Assembly (NCBI GenBank): GCA_048571215.1
Contig: CP182352.1
Coordinates: 1,056,001-1,120,000 of the forward strand
Length of the DNA stretch: 64,000 bases
Origin: Halarcobacter sp.
GTDB taxonomy: Bacteria > Campylobacterota > Campylobacteria > Campylobacterales > Arcobacteraceae
Direction of reading: 5' to 3'
In this document: positions 10,131-18,242 of the stretch, in pieces
Position numbering within the stretch: the first letter of the stretch is position 1
How the letters are laid out: every line of letters begins with the position of its first letter
The notes under the pieces: model-generated
Databases searched by the model: none
What the model was told of the DNA's origin: nothing
The model's input: only the letters and a program-made list of their open reading frames with translations
Translations under genes and position numbers: made by a program

Positions 10131-10157
10131 TAAAAAAAGGAACTTCTAAAAGTTCCT
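10131..10157 (-). terminator. Rho-independent terminator of the candidate sRNA
   Basis: Minus strand AGGAACTT-ttag-AAGTTCCT (8-bp stem, 10138-10157) running into a T-tract (plus-strand A7 at 10132-10138). Confidence 0.75.
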
Positions 10158-10251
10158 CATAGTTACCCCTACTAAAAGGGATCGCTCCTTAAACGGAGTA
10201 ATTTATTTACCTCACCTTATAAAAGGTGAGTCGTCCCGAAGGATATTTGTA
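10131..10251 (-). ncRNA. Candidate ~120-nt structured small RNA convergent on the PemK-like gene
   Basis: Own consensus promoter; hairpins UCC-UUCG-GGA, CUCACCUU/AAGGUGAG, CUCC/GGAG and CCCU/AGGG; ends in a terminator hairpin with U-tract. Confidence 0.7.
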
Positions 10252-10256
10252 AAAAT

Positions 10257-10285
10257 ATTATATCTAAGAATTTTTGTTTTGTCAA
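10257..10285 (-). promoter_or_regulatory. Perfect sigma70 promoter TTGACA-N17-TATAAT on the minus strand
   Basis: Plus-strand TGTCAA at 10280-10285 and ATTATA at 10257-10262; 17-nt spacer. Confidence 0.8.
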
Positions 10286-10316
10286 TTTTTGTTTGGGTCT
10301 TGAGGATATAAATATA

Positions 10317-10518
10317 TTTACTTTTTGGTGGCAAAAAGTAAAACAAAAAGCCACCAACGGCTGCGAAGCCAAAGGTTCCCTCACTTATTATTTTTGTCTT
10401 TTCTGCTTGGTAAAACTCATTTATTAAAACTTGCATTTAGCAACTTTTAAACACTCAGACAGTTACCAATCTTGTTTAGAAAAGAAAAAAATAAACGTTC
10501 GGCTTCTGTAGATGTTGA
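10317..10518. other. ~200-nt nested-stem structured element with pseudoknot potential (ncRNA or non-autonomous repeat element)
   Basis: 11-bp hairpin 10317-10342 whose loop region TTGGTGGC is complementary to GCCACCAA (10350-10357). Nested pairings: GAAGCC/GGCTTC, TCTTTTCT/AGAAAAGA, TTGGTAA/TTACCAA, TTAAAAcTTGC/GCAAcTTTTAA. Confidence 0.6.
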
Positions 10519-10640
10519 GTTTGGGATATTGAAAGATTTTTTGATTTGGAAGTTCTCTTTTTCAAATTCTAACAAGAAATAAATATAATATTGCTATAAT
10601 ATCTATCTTACAAAATTAAATAATATATAAATGGAAATGA

Positions 10641-12092
10641 ATGTTTGAACAAACTTTTAAAAATATAGATGATATTTTATGGAAAGACTCTGGTGCTGAT
10701 AGTGAGCTTGATTATATAGGGCAAACCTCTTGGATAATGTTTTTAAGGTATCTTGATGAACTTGAAAATGAAAAAGCAGAAATAGCAGAACTTGAAGGCA
10801 AAGAATATACTTATATTTTAGATGAAGAGTTTCGTTGGAACTCTTGGGCTATGCCAAAAGTTGATGGAAAACTTGACCATCATAAAGCTATGACTGGTGT
10901 GGATTTAGTTCAATTTGTCGATGGTAAACTTTTCCCTTACCTTGCAAAGTTTAAACAAACAGCAGAACATGCACAAACTATCGAGTACAAAATCGGTGAG
11001 ATATTTTCTGAGCTTAAAAATAAAATTCAAAGTGGATACAACTTACGAGAGATATTAGAGTATGCAGATGAACTTCCTTTTCGCTCATCAAAAGACAAAC
11101 ACGAACTAAGCCATCTCTACGAAACCAAAATCAAAAACATGGGAAATGCGGGAAGAAATGGAGGGCAATACTATACTCCAAGACCGCTTATTCGTGCGAT
11201 GATAGATGTAATCGACCCTAAAATTGGTGAAAAAGTTTATGATGGTGCTGTGGGAAGTGCAGGGTTTTTATGTGAAGCGTATGACTACATGTACGAGCGA
11301 ATGAATAAAAATGTGGATAATCTAAAAATCTTACAAGAGCGAACCTTTTACGGAAAAGAGAAAAAAAACTTAGCCTATGTCATAGGTATCATGAATATGA
11401 TTTTACATGGTATAGAAGCACCAAATATTAAACACACCAACACTTTGGGTGAACCTATTCGTGATATACAAGAAAAAGACAGATACCATGTAATTTTGGC
11501 AAATCCACCCTTTGGTGGAAAAGAGCGAAAAGAGGTACAACAAAACTTCGATATAAAAACAGGCGAAACTGCCTTTTTATTTTTGCAACACTTTATCAAG
11601 TCACTTAAAGCCGGCGGTCGAGCAGCAATTGTCATCAAAAATACTATTTTAAGTAATAGCGACAATGCTTCTATAGCTTTAAGAAAACATCTTTTAGAGA
11701 GTTGTAATCTTCATACTATCTTAGATATGCCAGCAGGTACTTTTACAGGAGCTGGTGTAAAAACTGTAGTTTTATTTTTCACAAAAGGGGAAGCAACTAA
11801 AAAAATCTGGTACTACTCTTTAAATCCCGGACGAAATATGGGGAAAACAAATCCTTTAAACGATAAGGATATGTTGGATTTTAAAACTTTACAAAAAAGT
11901 AAAAAAGATAGTCTTAACTCTTGGAGTATAAATATTAACGATATAGATGAAACTACTTGTGATTTAAGTGTAAAAAATCCTCATACTCCAGAGGAAGCAC
12001 CTCTTAGAACGCCAAAACAGATTTTAGAAGAGATGGGAACTTTAGATAAAGAAACAAATAATATTTTAGCTTCTATTAAAGAGATGGTATGA
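10641..12092 (+). CDS. hsdM: Type I R-M N6-adenine methyltransferase subunit
   Basis: GQYYTPR, YDGAVGSAGFL, ANPPF motifs; TGCTATAAT extended -10 at 10592-10600. Confidence 0.96.
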   Translation: MFEQTFKNIDDILWKDSGADSELDYIGQTSWIMFLRYLDELENEKAEIAELEGKEYTYILDEEFRWNSWAMPKVDGKLDHHKAMTGVDLVQFVDGKLFPYLAKFKQTAEHAQTIEYKIGEIFSELKNKIQSGYNLREILEYADELPFRSSKDKHELSHLYETKIKNMGNAGRNGGQYYTPRPLIRAMIDVIDPKIGEKVYDGAVGSAGFLCEAYDYMYERMNKNVDNLKILQERTFYGKEKKNLAYVIGIMNMILHGIEAPNIKHTNTLGEPIRDIQEKDRYHVILANPPFGGKERKEVQQNFDIKTGETAFLFLQHFIKSLKAGGRAAIVIKNTILSNSDNASIALRKHLLESCNLHTILDMPAGTFTGAGVKTVVLFFTKGEATKKIWYYSLNPGRNMGKTNPLNDKDMLDFKTLQKSKKDSLNSWSININDIDETTCDLSVKNPHTPEEAPLRTPKQILEEMGTLDKETNNILASIKEMV

Positions 12093-13267
12093 AACAAGGT
12101 TGGAAAGAAGAAACTTTAGGTGAAATTGGTAAAGTATCTATGTGTAAACGGATTTTAAAAAAACAAACCAATAATATAAGTGGTGTTCCATTTTACAAAA
12201 TTGGAACATTTGGTAAACAACCAAACGCCTTTATATCTGAAGAAATCTATAATGAATTTAAACAAAAATATTCTTTTCCTAAAAAAGGAGATATTCTTTT
12301 ATCTGCTTCAGGAACTATTGGTAGACGAGTAATTTATGACGGAAAACCAGCTTATTTTCAAGATTCAAATATAGTTTGGATTAACAATAATGAAAAAAAA
12401 GTATTAAACGAATATCTATATAAATTTTATGGATTTTGTAATTGGAACCCTTCAAAAGGTGCTACAATTTCTAGACTTTACAATGATGATTTAAAAAGAA
12501 TTAAAATTCCAATTCCTCCAATAGAAGAACAAAAACAAATCGTAGAAATTTTAGATAAAGCTTTTGAATCAATAGAACAAGCAAAAGTAAATATTGGAAA
12601 AAATATACAAAATTCAAAAGAGCTTTTTCAAAGTAGATTAAATGAAATATTTTCAGGGAAAGGTGATGAATGGGAAGAAAAAAAACTAAAAGATGTATGT
12701 ATTAAAATAACAGATGGTACACATCAAACACCAAAATATTTTGATAGTGGATATATTTTCTTATCTTCAAAAAATGTTACAAGTGGAGTTATAAATTGGG
12801 AAAATATAAAATATATTGATGAAGAACAACACCATCAAATGCAAAAAAGAGTTTCTCCTCAATTAGATGATATTTTATTGGCAAAGAATGGTACAACAGG
12901 AGTTGCTGCAATTGTTGATAGAGCAGTAGAATTTGATATTTATGTTAGTCTTGCCTTATTAAGAGCTTCAGAAGAACTAGAAGCTAAATATTTACTACAC
13001 TTTGTTAATTCTCCAACTGCAAAAACTCAATTTAATCAAAGGTTAAAAGGAGTTGGTGTTCCTAATCTTCACTTAGTAGAAATTAGAGAAATTATAATAA
13101 AATATCCAATAGATAAAAATGAACAAAAAAATATAATTGACTATATTGATACTTTGATTGAAAAGAAAAATAGTTTGTTAAAAAACTATCAACTAAAACT
13201 AAACAATCTAGAAGAACTAAAAAAATCAATCTTGCAAAAAGCATTTAGTGGAGAGCTAGTACCATGA
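12089..13267 (+). CDS. hsdS: Type I R-M specificity subunit (two TRDs)
   Basis: Two TRDs separated by IPIPPIEEQKQIV; ends LKKSILQKAFSGEL; ATGA overlaps with both neighbours. Confidence 0.95.
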   Translation: MKQGWKEETLGEIGKVSMCKRILKKQTNNISGVPFYKIGTFGKQPNAFISEEIYNEFKQKYSFPKKGDILLSASGTIGRRVIYDGKPAYFQDSNIVWINNNEKKVLNEYLYKFYGFCNWNPSKGATISRLYNDDLKRIKIPIPPIEEQKQIVEILDKAFESIEQAKVNIGKNIQNSKELFQSRLNEIFSGKGDEWEEKKLKDVCIKITDGTHQTPKYFDSGYIFLSSKNVTSGVINWENIKYIDEEQHHQMQKRVSPQLDDILLAKNGTTGVAAIVDRAVEFDIYVSLALLRASEELEAKYLLHFVNSPTAKTQFNQRLKGVGVPNLHLVEIREIIIKYPIDKNEQKNIIDYIDTLIEKKNSLLKNYQLKLNNLEELKKSILQKAFSGELVP

Positions 13268-15672
13268 ATGAATCACAAACTGAACTTGAGTATATTGAAC
13301 CAGCTTTAAAAAAAGCTGGATGGGGAGTTGTTGAAGATAGTAAAATATATAAACAATTTCCAATCTCTCAAGGTCGGTTATTAGGTAATGGTAGAAGAGC
13401 AAAGCCACTTAAAGCTGATTATGTACTTCGCTATAAAAATAGATATATAGGAGTAATAGAAGCTAAAAAAAGAGACCTACACTATAGCGATGGTGTAACT
13501 CAAGCAAAAGATTATGCCCAGCGCTTAAAGATACGATTTACCTACTCAACAAACGGAAAAGGTATCTATCAAATAGATATGGATGAAAGCATTGAGGGTG
13601 ATGTGGCACATTTTCCTACACCTGATGAGTTATGGAATATGACCTTCCCTAAAGAAGATACTTTACAAGATAAGTTTTATGAGATACCACTAAACGATAA
13701 AGGTGGAACTTGGTATCCAAGATATTATCAAAACAATGCCATAAACAAAACTCTTGAAGCAATAGCTCAAGATAAGAAAAAAATCTTACTCACCCTAGCA
13801 ACTGGTACAGGGAAAACAGATATTGCATTTCAAATAGTATGGAAACTATTTCATGCAAAATGGAATATTCAAAAAGACTTTTCTAGGTCTCCTAGAATTC
13901 TATTTTTAGCAGATAGAAATATATTGGCAAACCAAGCTTTCAATAAATTTAACTTTTTTGATGATGAAGAGACTTTAGTTAGAATCGACCCAAGTGAGAT
14001 ACGAAAAAAGAATAAAGTTCCAACAAACGGAAATGTATTTTTTACTATATTTCAAACTTTTATGAGTGGAGAGAGTGACACTCCAAACTTTGGACAGTAC
14101 CCTAGCGATTTTTTCGATTTTATCATCATAGATGAGTGTCATAGAGGCGGAGCAAATGATGAGAGTAAATGGAGAGCTATCTTAGAGTATTTTAGTCCTG
14201 CTTATCAGCTTGGACTTACCGCAACACCAAAAAGAGATGTTAATGGTGATACTTACAATTACTTTGGAGAGCCAGTTTATCAATACTCTTTAAAAGAGGG
14301 GATAAATGATGGTTTTTTAACCCCTTTTAAAGTGAAAAATATCTCAACTACAGGAGATACTTATATCTTTACCAGTGATGATGAAGTTTTAGAAGGTGAA
14401 ATAGAAGAGGGAAAAGAGTACACACTAGATGAGCAAAATAAAATCATAGAGATTATGGGAATAGAGAAGTATAGAGTAAAACTTTTTATGGATATGATGA
14501 ACCAAAGTCAAAAGACTTTGGTCTTTTGTGAAACGCAACCCCATGCCTCTGCTATAAGAAACCTTATCAATCAAAAAGCAAAGAGCAAAAATATAGATTA
14601 TTGTCATAGGGTCACAGCAGATGAGGGAAGTCGTGGAGAGAAGTTTTTACTTGATTTTCAAGATAATGAAAAAACAATTCCAACAGTTCTTACCACATCA
14701 AGAAAACTAAGCACTGGTGTAGATGCTCCTGAGATAAAAAACATCGTGCTTATGCGTAAAGTAAAATCAATGGTTGAGTTTAAACAAATCATTGGTCGAG
14801 GAACACGACTTTTTGATGGGAAAGACTATTTTACTATTTTTGATTTTTATAAAAATCATACACATTTTCATGACCCTGATTGGGATGGTGAACAAATAGA
14901 CCCAGAAGAACCAACTCCAAAACCTCCAAAAGAGCCTTGTAAACTATGTGGTCAGTTACCTTGTACTTGTCCTAAACCTGAACCAGTACCTTGTCCTATA
15001 TGCGATAATTTACCTTGTATTTGTGATAATCCAAGAACAATGATTCGAGTAAAACTTTCAAATGGAAAAGCACGAGAACTTGACTCTATGGTTCAAACAC
15101 TTTTTTATTCACCAGAGGGAAAACCTATCTCTTCATCTGAGTTTGTGAGTAAACTTTTTGATAAAATACCAGAGTTTTTTGGAAATGAAGAAGAACTAAG
15201 AAGAATTTGGAGTTTACCTGATACAAGAAAAAGATTGATTGAAGAGTTGAGCGAAGCGGGTTATAGTGTAGAACAACTTGAAAACTTAAAAGAAGTAATA
15301 CATGGTGAAGATAGTGACCTTTTTGATGTGTTGTCATATATCGCTTATCATAAAGATTTAGTTCCAAGACTTGAAAGAGCAACAAAAGCTAAGATGAAAA
15401 TTAGTGGATATGATGAAGGAAAACAAGAGTTTTTAAACTTTGTATTGAGTCAGTATGTTGAGAATGGTGTAAATGAACTTGATGATGCCAGATTAAAAGA
15501 TTTATTAATTATAAAATATGATGCTTTAGAGGATGCAAAAAAAAGTATAGGTGATATAAAGAGTATCAGAGAAACTTTTATAGGATTTCAAAAGTATTTA
15601 TATGAAGATATAGTAAATAATACTTATGATAATGACTTATTAGTAGCCCAACCAAAACCAGAGTATAATTAA
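13264..15672 (+). CDS. hsdR: Type I R-M restriction subunit (EcoAI/EcoEI-like)
   Basis: ADYVL..IEAKK nuclease motif, ATGTGKT Walker A, DECH, GLTATP, QIIGRGTR. Confidence 0.96.
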   Translation: MNESQTELEYIEPALKKAGWGVVEDSKIYKQFPISQGRLLGNGRRAKPLKADYVLRYKNRYIGVIEAKKRDLHYSDGVTQAKDYAQRLKIRFTYSTNGKGIYQIDMDESIEGDVAHFPTPDELWNMTFPKEDTLQDKFYEIPLNDKGGTWYPRYYQNNAINKTLEAIAQDKKKILLTLATGTGKTDIAFQIVWKLFHAKWNIQKDFSRSPRILFLADRNILANQAFNKFNFFDDEETLVRIDPSEIRKKNKVPTNGNVFFTIFQTFMSGESDTPNFGQYPSDFFDFIIIDECHRGGANDESKWRAILEYFSPAYQLGLTATPKRDVNGDTYNYFGEPVYQYSLKEGINDGFLTPFKVKNISTTGDTYIFTSDDEVLEGEIEEGKEYTLDEQNKIIEIMGIEKYRVKLFMDMMNQSQKTLVFCETQPHASAIRNLINQKAKSKNIDYCHRVTADEGSRGEKFLLDFQDNEKTIPTVLTTSRKLSTGVDAPEIKNIVLMRKVKSMVEFKQIIGRGTRLFDGKDYFTIFDFYKNHTHFHDPDWDGEQIDPEEPTPKPPKEPCKLCGQLPCTCPKPEPVPCPICDNLPCICDNPRTMIRVKLSNGKARELDSMVQTLFYSPEGKPISSSEFVSKLFDKIPEFFGNEEELRRIWSLPDTRKRLIEELSEAGYSVEQLENLKEVIHGEDSDLFDVLSYIAYHKDLVPRLERATKAKMKISGYDEGKQEFLNFVLSQYVENGVNELDDARLKDLLIIKYDALEDAKKSIGDIKSIRETFIGFQKYLYEDIVNNTYDNDLLVAQPKPEYN

Positions 15673-15705
15673 AAGTTTTGTTATAATGTATTTTAAGGAA
15701 AAAAT

Positions 15706-15858
15706 ATGACAAAAAGAGTATTAGACAAACAAAATATAAAAAAGACAGTAGATACTACACAGCGTATTGAAGGATATTCTGAAGCTTCAAAAAAAGTAAA
15801 AGCTGAAGCTAAAATTGTAAGAGAAAAATATGATATCAAAGTATCACCTAAAAGATAA
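15706..15858 (+). CDS. Small VbhA/FicA-like antitoxin (50 aa; not in the ORF track)
   Basis: MTKRVLDKQNIKKTVDTTQRIEGYSEASKKVKAEAKIVREKYDIKVSPKR contains TQRIEG, matching (S/T)xxxE(G/N). TGTTATAAT extended -10 (15679-15687) and AAGGA RBS upstream; overlaps a Fic-like start. Confidence 0.65.
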   Translation: MTKRVLDKQNIKKTVDTTQRIEGYSEASKKVKAEAKIVREKYDIKVSPKR

Positions 15859-15904
15859 CTCTTTTTACTATGAGGGTACTGATTTACTTAAAAACAATCT
15901 TTAA
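15830..15904 (+). pseudogene. Truncated Fic toxin (N-terminal 24 codons)
   Basis: MISKYHLKDNSFYYEGTDLLKNNL* resembles the Y.YPGT.VLKNKL start of FicT-type toxins; no HPFxxGNGR motif follows. Confidence 0.6.
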
Positions 15905-16121
15905 AATACTAATACAAAATACATTTGTGTAAAAAGTATGAATAGTTACACATATTATAATTATATGTGCAAAATATTAGAGAAATTATCCATATCAAAA
16001 ATAGATATAATATATTGACTGATTCCATAGAAAGGTATGTTTAATCTATTGGTATGTATTCTTAGTAAAATATTGATATAATAATTTTTATTGATATTAA
16101 AGTAAAATCTAATGGAGATAG

Positions 16122-17120
16122 ATGAGTAAAAAAAATATAAAGATTGTTCAAAATATTTTAAAAAAGCAAGATAAATATGACATAGCTATAAAACTTGAAA
16201 ATGCTTATTATGAAGATTATCAAATAGATAATTGGAATGGTGGTATTGGTCAGGTTGAGATATTTGTTCATCCTAATTATTTTTTTGAATTTAATAGTTT
16301 AGATGAAGAAACTACAACTATTTTGATAAAAATATTTAATGCTTTACCCCATGAATACTTTGAGATTAACTCCATAAAATTTTCAATAAATACTGATGTA
16401 AATATTGAAAATATAAGTGATACACTATACATATTTGTTGATGAGGCTGGAGATTTTGATTTCTCTTCAAAAGGTTCAAAGCATTATATGTTTACTTTTT
16501 TGGCAAAAAGAAGACCTTTTAATCTACATGAATATATTTCAAACTATAGATACTCATTATTAGAAAGAAATTTAGACCCATTTATTGATAAAAGATTAGA
16601 TATCGAAGCATTTCATGCTTGTGAAGATAATAGTTATGTAAAAAATGAATTATTTAATATCATCTCTACTTTTGATGAAAGTAGTGTAAAAGCTTACTCT
16701 TATGTACTGGATAAACCCAAAGTCTTACCTGATAAAAGAGCTCAAAAAGATAAGTTTTATATTGATAATCTTAGTTTTGCTATTCAAAAGCTCTTGGATG
16801 GATTGCAAATTGATAAAAACTTTGTAATTATTACAGATAGATTGCCAGTACAAAAAAATAAAAACAAACAAGTTGGGGCTTTAAAAAAAGGGATTAAAGA
16901 GTATCTAAAAAATAAAAAACTTGATAAACAAATAAGATATGATATTTTTCATCATTGTAGTGCATCAAGTGCAAATCTTCAAATTGTTGATTATATCTGT
17001 TGGGCAATATTTAGAAAGTTTGAAAGAAATGATGATAGATATTATAAAAGAGTTGAAAAATATTTGATAAAAATTGATGAAATGACTAAGGATAGGAAAA
17101 AAGTTCATTATGATAAATGA
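16122..17120 (+). CDS. DUF3800-domain (RNase H-like acidic motif) protein with an extra ~100-aa N-terminal domain
   Basis: YIFVDEAGD near residue 105 and C-terminal LQIVDYICWAIFRK match the DUF3800 pattern; N-terminal domain has DNWNGG; own TGATATAAT promoter at 16074-16082. Confidence 0.82.
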   Translation: MSKKNIKIVQNILKKQDKYDIAIKLENAYYEDYQIDNWNGGIGQVEIFVHPNYFFEFNSLDEETTTILIKIFNALPHEYFEINSIKFSINTDVNIENISDTLYIFVDEAGDFDFSSKGSKHYMFTFLAKRRPFNLHEYISNYRYSLLERNLDPFIDKRLDIEAFHACEDNSYVKNELFNIISTFDESSVKAYSYVLDKPKVLPDKRAQKDKFYIDNLSFAIQKLLDGLQIDKNFVIITDRLPVQKNKNKQVGALKKGIKEYLKNKKLDKQIRYDIFHHCSASSANLQIVDYICWAIFRKFERNDDRYYKRVEKYLIKIDEMTKDRKKVHYDK

Positions 17121-17177
17121 CCCATTCTACCTATCTTGCGAAGCCTCCCTTGGAGTCTTATCAGTAGATGGGAACTT
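17121..17177 (-). ncRNA. Candidate DUF3800-associated structured RNA convergent on the gene's 3' end
   Basis: Minus strand reads CCCAUCUAC-ugauaaga-CUCC aag GGAG-gcu-UC GCAA GA-uag-GUAGaAUGGG: a closing stem around two hairpins, one with a GNRA loop. GC-rich relative to the flanks and abuts the stop codon. Confidence 0.72.
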
Positions 17178-17183
17178 TTCAAA

Positions 17184-17212
17184 ATTATATCAAAAAATTT
17201 CCAAATATGCAA
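17184..17212 (-). promoter_or_regulatory. Minus-strand promoter TTGCAT-N17-TATAAT with extended -10 TG
   Basis: Plus-strand ATTATA at 17184-17189 followed by TCA (TGA-TATAAT on the minus strand); ATGCAA at 17207-17212. Confidence 0.65.
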
Positions 17213-17244
17213 GTAATATTACGGACTGATTAATTAAGGAATAA

Positions 17245-17432
17245 ATGTTGAGTACCCAAAGTGAAGTAGTATTAATGGAAGAGAACTTTTGAAAAATGCT
17301 GGAAATATATCTCACCAAATAGCAAAAGAAAAAAGTGAATTAGAGTACAAAAAATATAAACAACAGCAAAAAAATTTGCAAAGGTGTGAGAGTCTTAAAG
17401 AATTAGAAAAGGATATTAAAAAATCAAGGTAA
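17245..17432 (+). pseudogene. RhuM-family remnant (N- and C-termini joined out of frame)
   Basis: AAGGA RBS and MLSTQSEVVL start; in another frame NGRELLKNAGNISHQIAKEKSELEYKKY...*, which matches the RhuM C-terminal AG.ISH..A..KA..EY.KY pattern. Confidence 0.7.
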
Positions 17433-17549
17433 TATCTACTAATTTTCTCAACTTTATTTTTGACACAAATCAACATTTTTTAACCTAAATCTGCTATTAT
17501 TATACACATAGATATGAAAAATATACAACTAATTTACTAAGGATTATGC

Positions 17550-18230
17550 ATGAGTGAGATTCATGAGTTTTTTAATAGACAGATAAAACTTTGGGGTGAA
17601 CAAACCCAAGATAGTTTACAAGATAAAAAGGTGGCTATTATTGGAAGTGGAGGGCTTGGTTGTACACTTGGTATTGCTCTTGGGGCTTCTGGTATAGGGG
17701 AATTTGCTCTTGTGGATTTTGATGAGGTTGGGGTTCACAATATCCATAGACAAATAGGTTTTAAAGTTGGAGATGATGGTAAACAAAAAGCTGAGGTTTT
17801 AAAGGAGCTTATTGAGTCAAGGTGTCCTTATACTAAGGTTACAGCTTATACAGAATCTTTTGAAGAGTTTGCTTCAAGAGATTTAGAGTTTGATATTTTG
17901 ATTGATGCAACTGACAACCTTCCAACAAGGGCAGCTATAAATGAATACTGCATAAACAAAAAACAACCTTGGATATATGGAAGTGTTGAAGAGTTTCATG
18001 GTCAGGTTTGTTTTTTTGATAAGGCTTCATATGAAGCTGTTTTTCAAATCAATGATAGAAAACCAAACGGTATTGCTTGTCCTATTGTTATGCATATTGG
18101 TTCTTTACAAGCAAATTTAGCCATAAGATATCTAACTGGATTGCCTGTTAAAAAAGATGTTTTATATTATCTTTCTTTTACAGAAGAGGGTGTTTTAGAA
18201 AACAAAAAATTCAATCTTCCAACTTCTTAA
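17550..18230 (+). CDS. ThiF/MoeB/HesA-family adenylyltransferase
   Basis: FFNRQI, IIGSGGLG, VDFDEVGVHNIHRQ, DATDNLPTR. Confidence 0.92.
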   Translation: MSEIHEFFNRQIKLWGEQTQDSLQDKKVAIIGSGGLGCTLGIALGASGIGEFALVDFDEVGVHNIHRQIGFKVGDDGKQKAEVLKELIESRCPYTKVTAYTESFEEFASRDLEFDILIDATDNLPTRAAINEYCINKKQPWIYGSVEEFHGQVCFFDKASYEAVFQINDRKPNGIACPIVMHIGSLQANLAIRYLTGLPVKKDVLYYLSFTEEGVLENKKFNLPTS

Positions 18231-18242
18231 GGAATAAATATC

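Noticed and set aside
10212..10436. 74-aa minus-strand ORF
   Set aside because: No recognisable motif; crosses a promoter and structured elements that explain the sequence better.
17121..17172. Hammerhead ribozyme (CUGAUAAG on the minus strand) or simple terminator
   Set aside because: No CUGANGA/GAAA core. It is a branched structure rather than a simple hairpin, although some terminator activity cannot be excluded.
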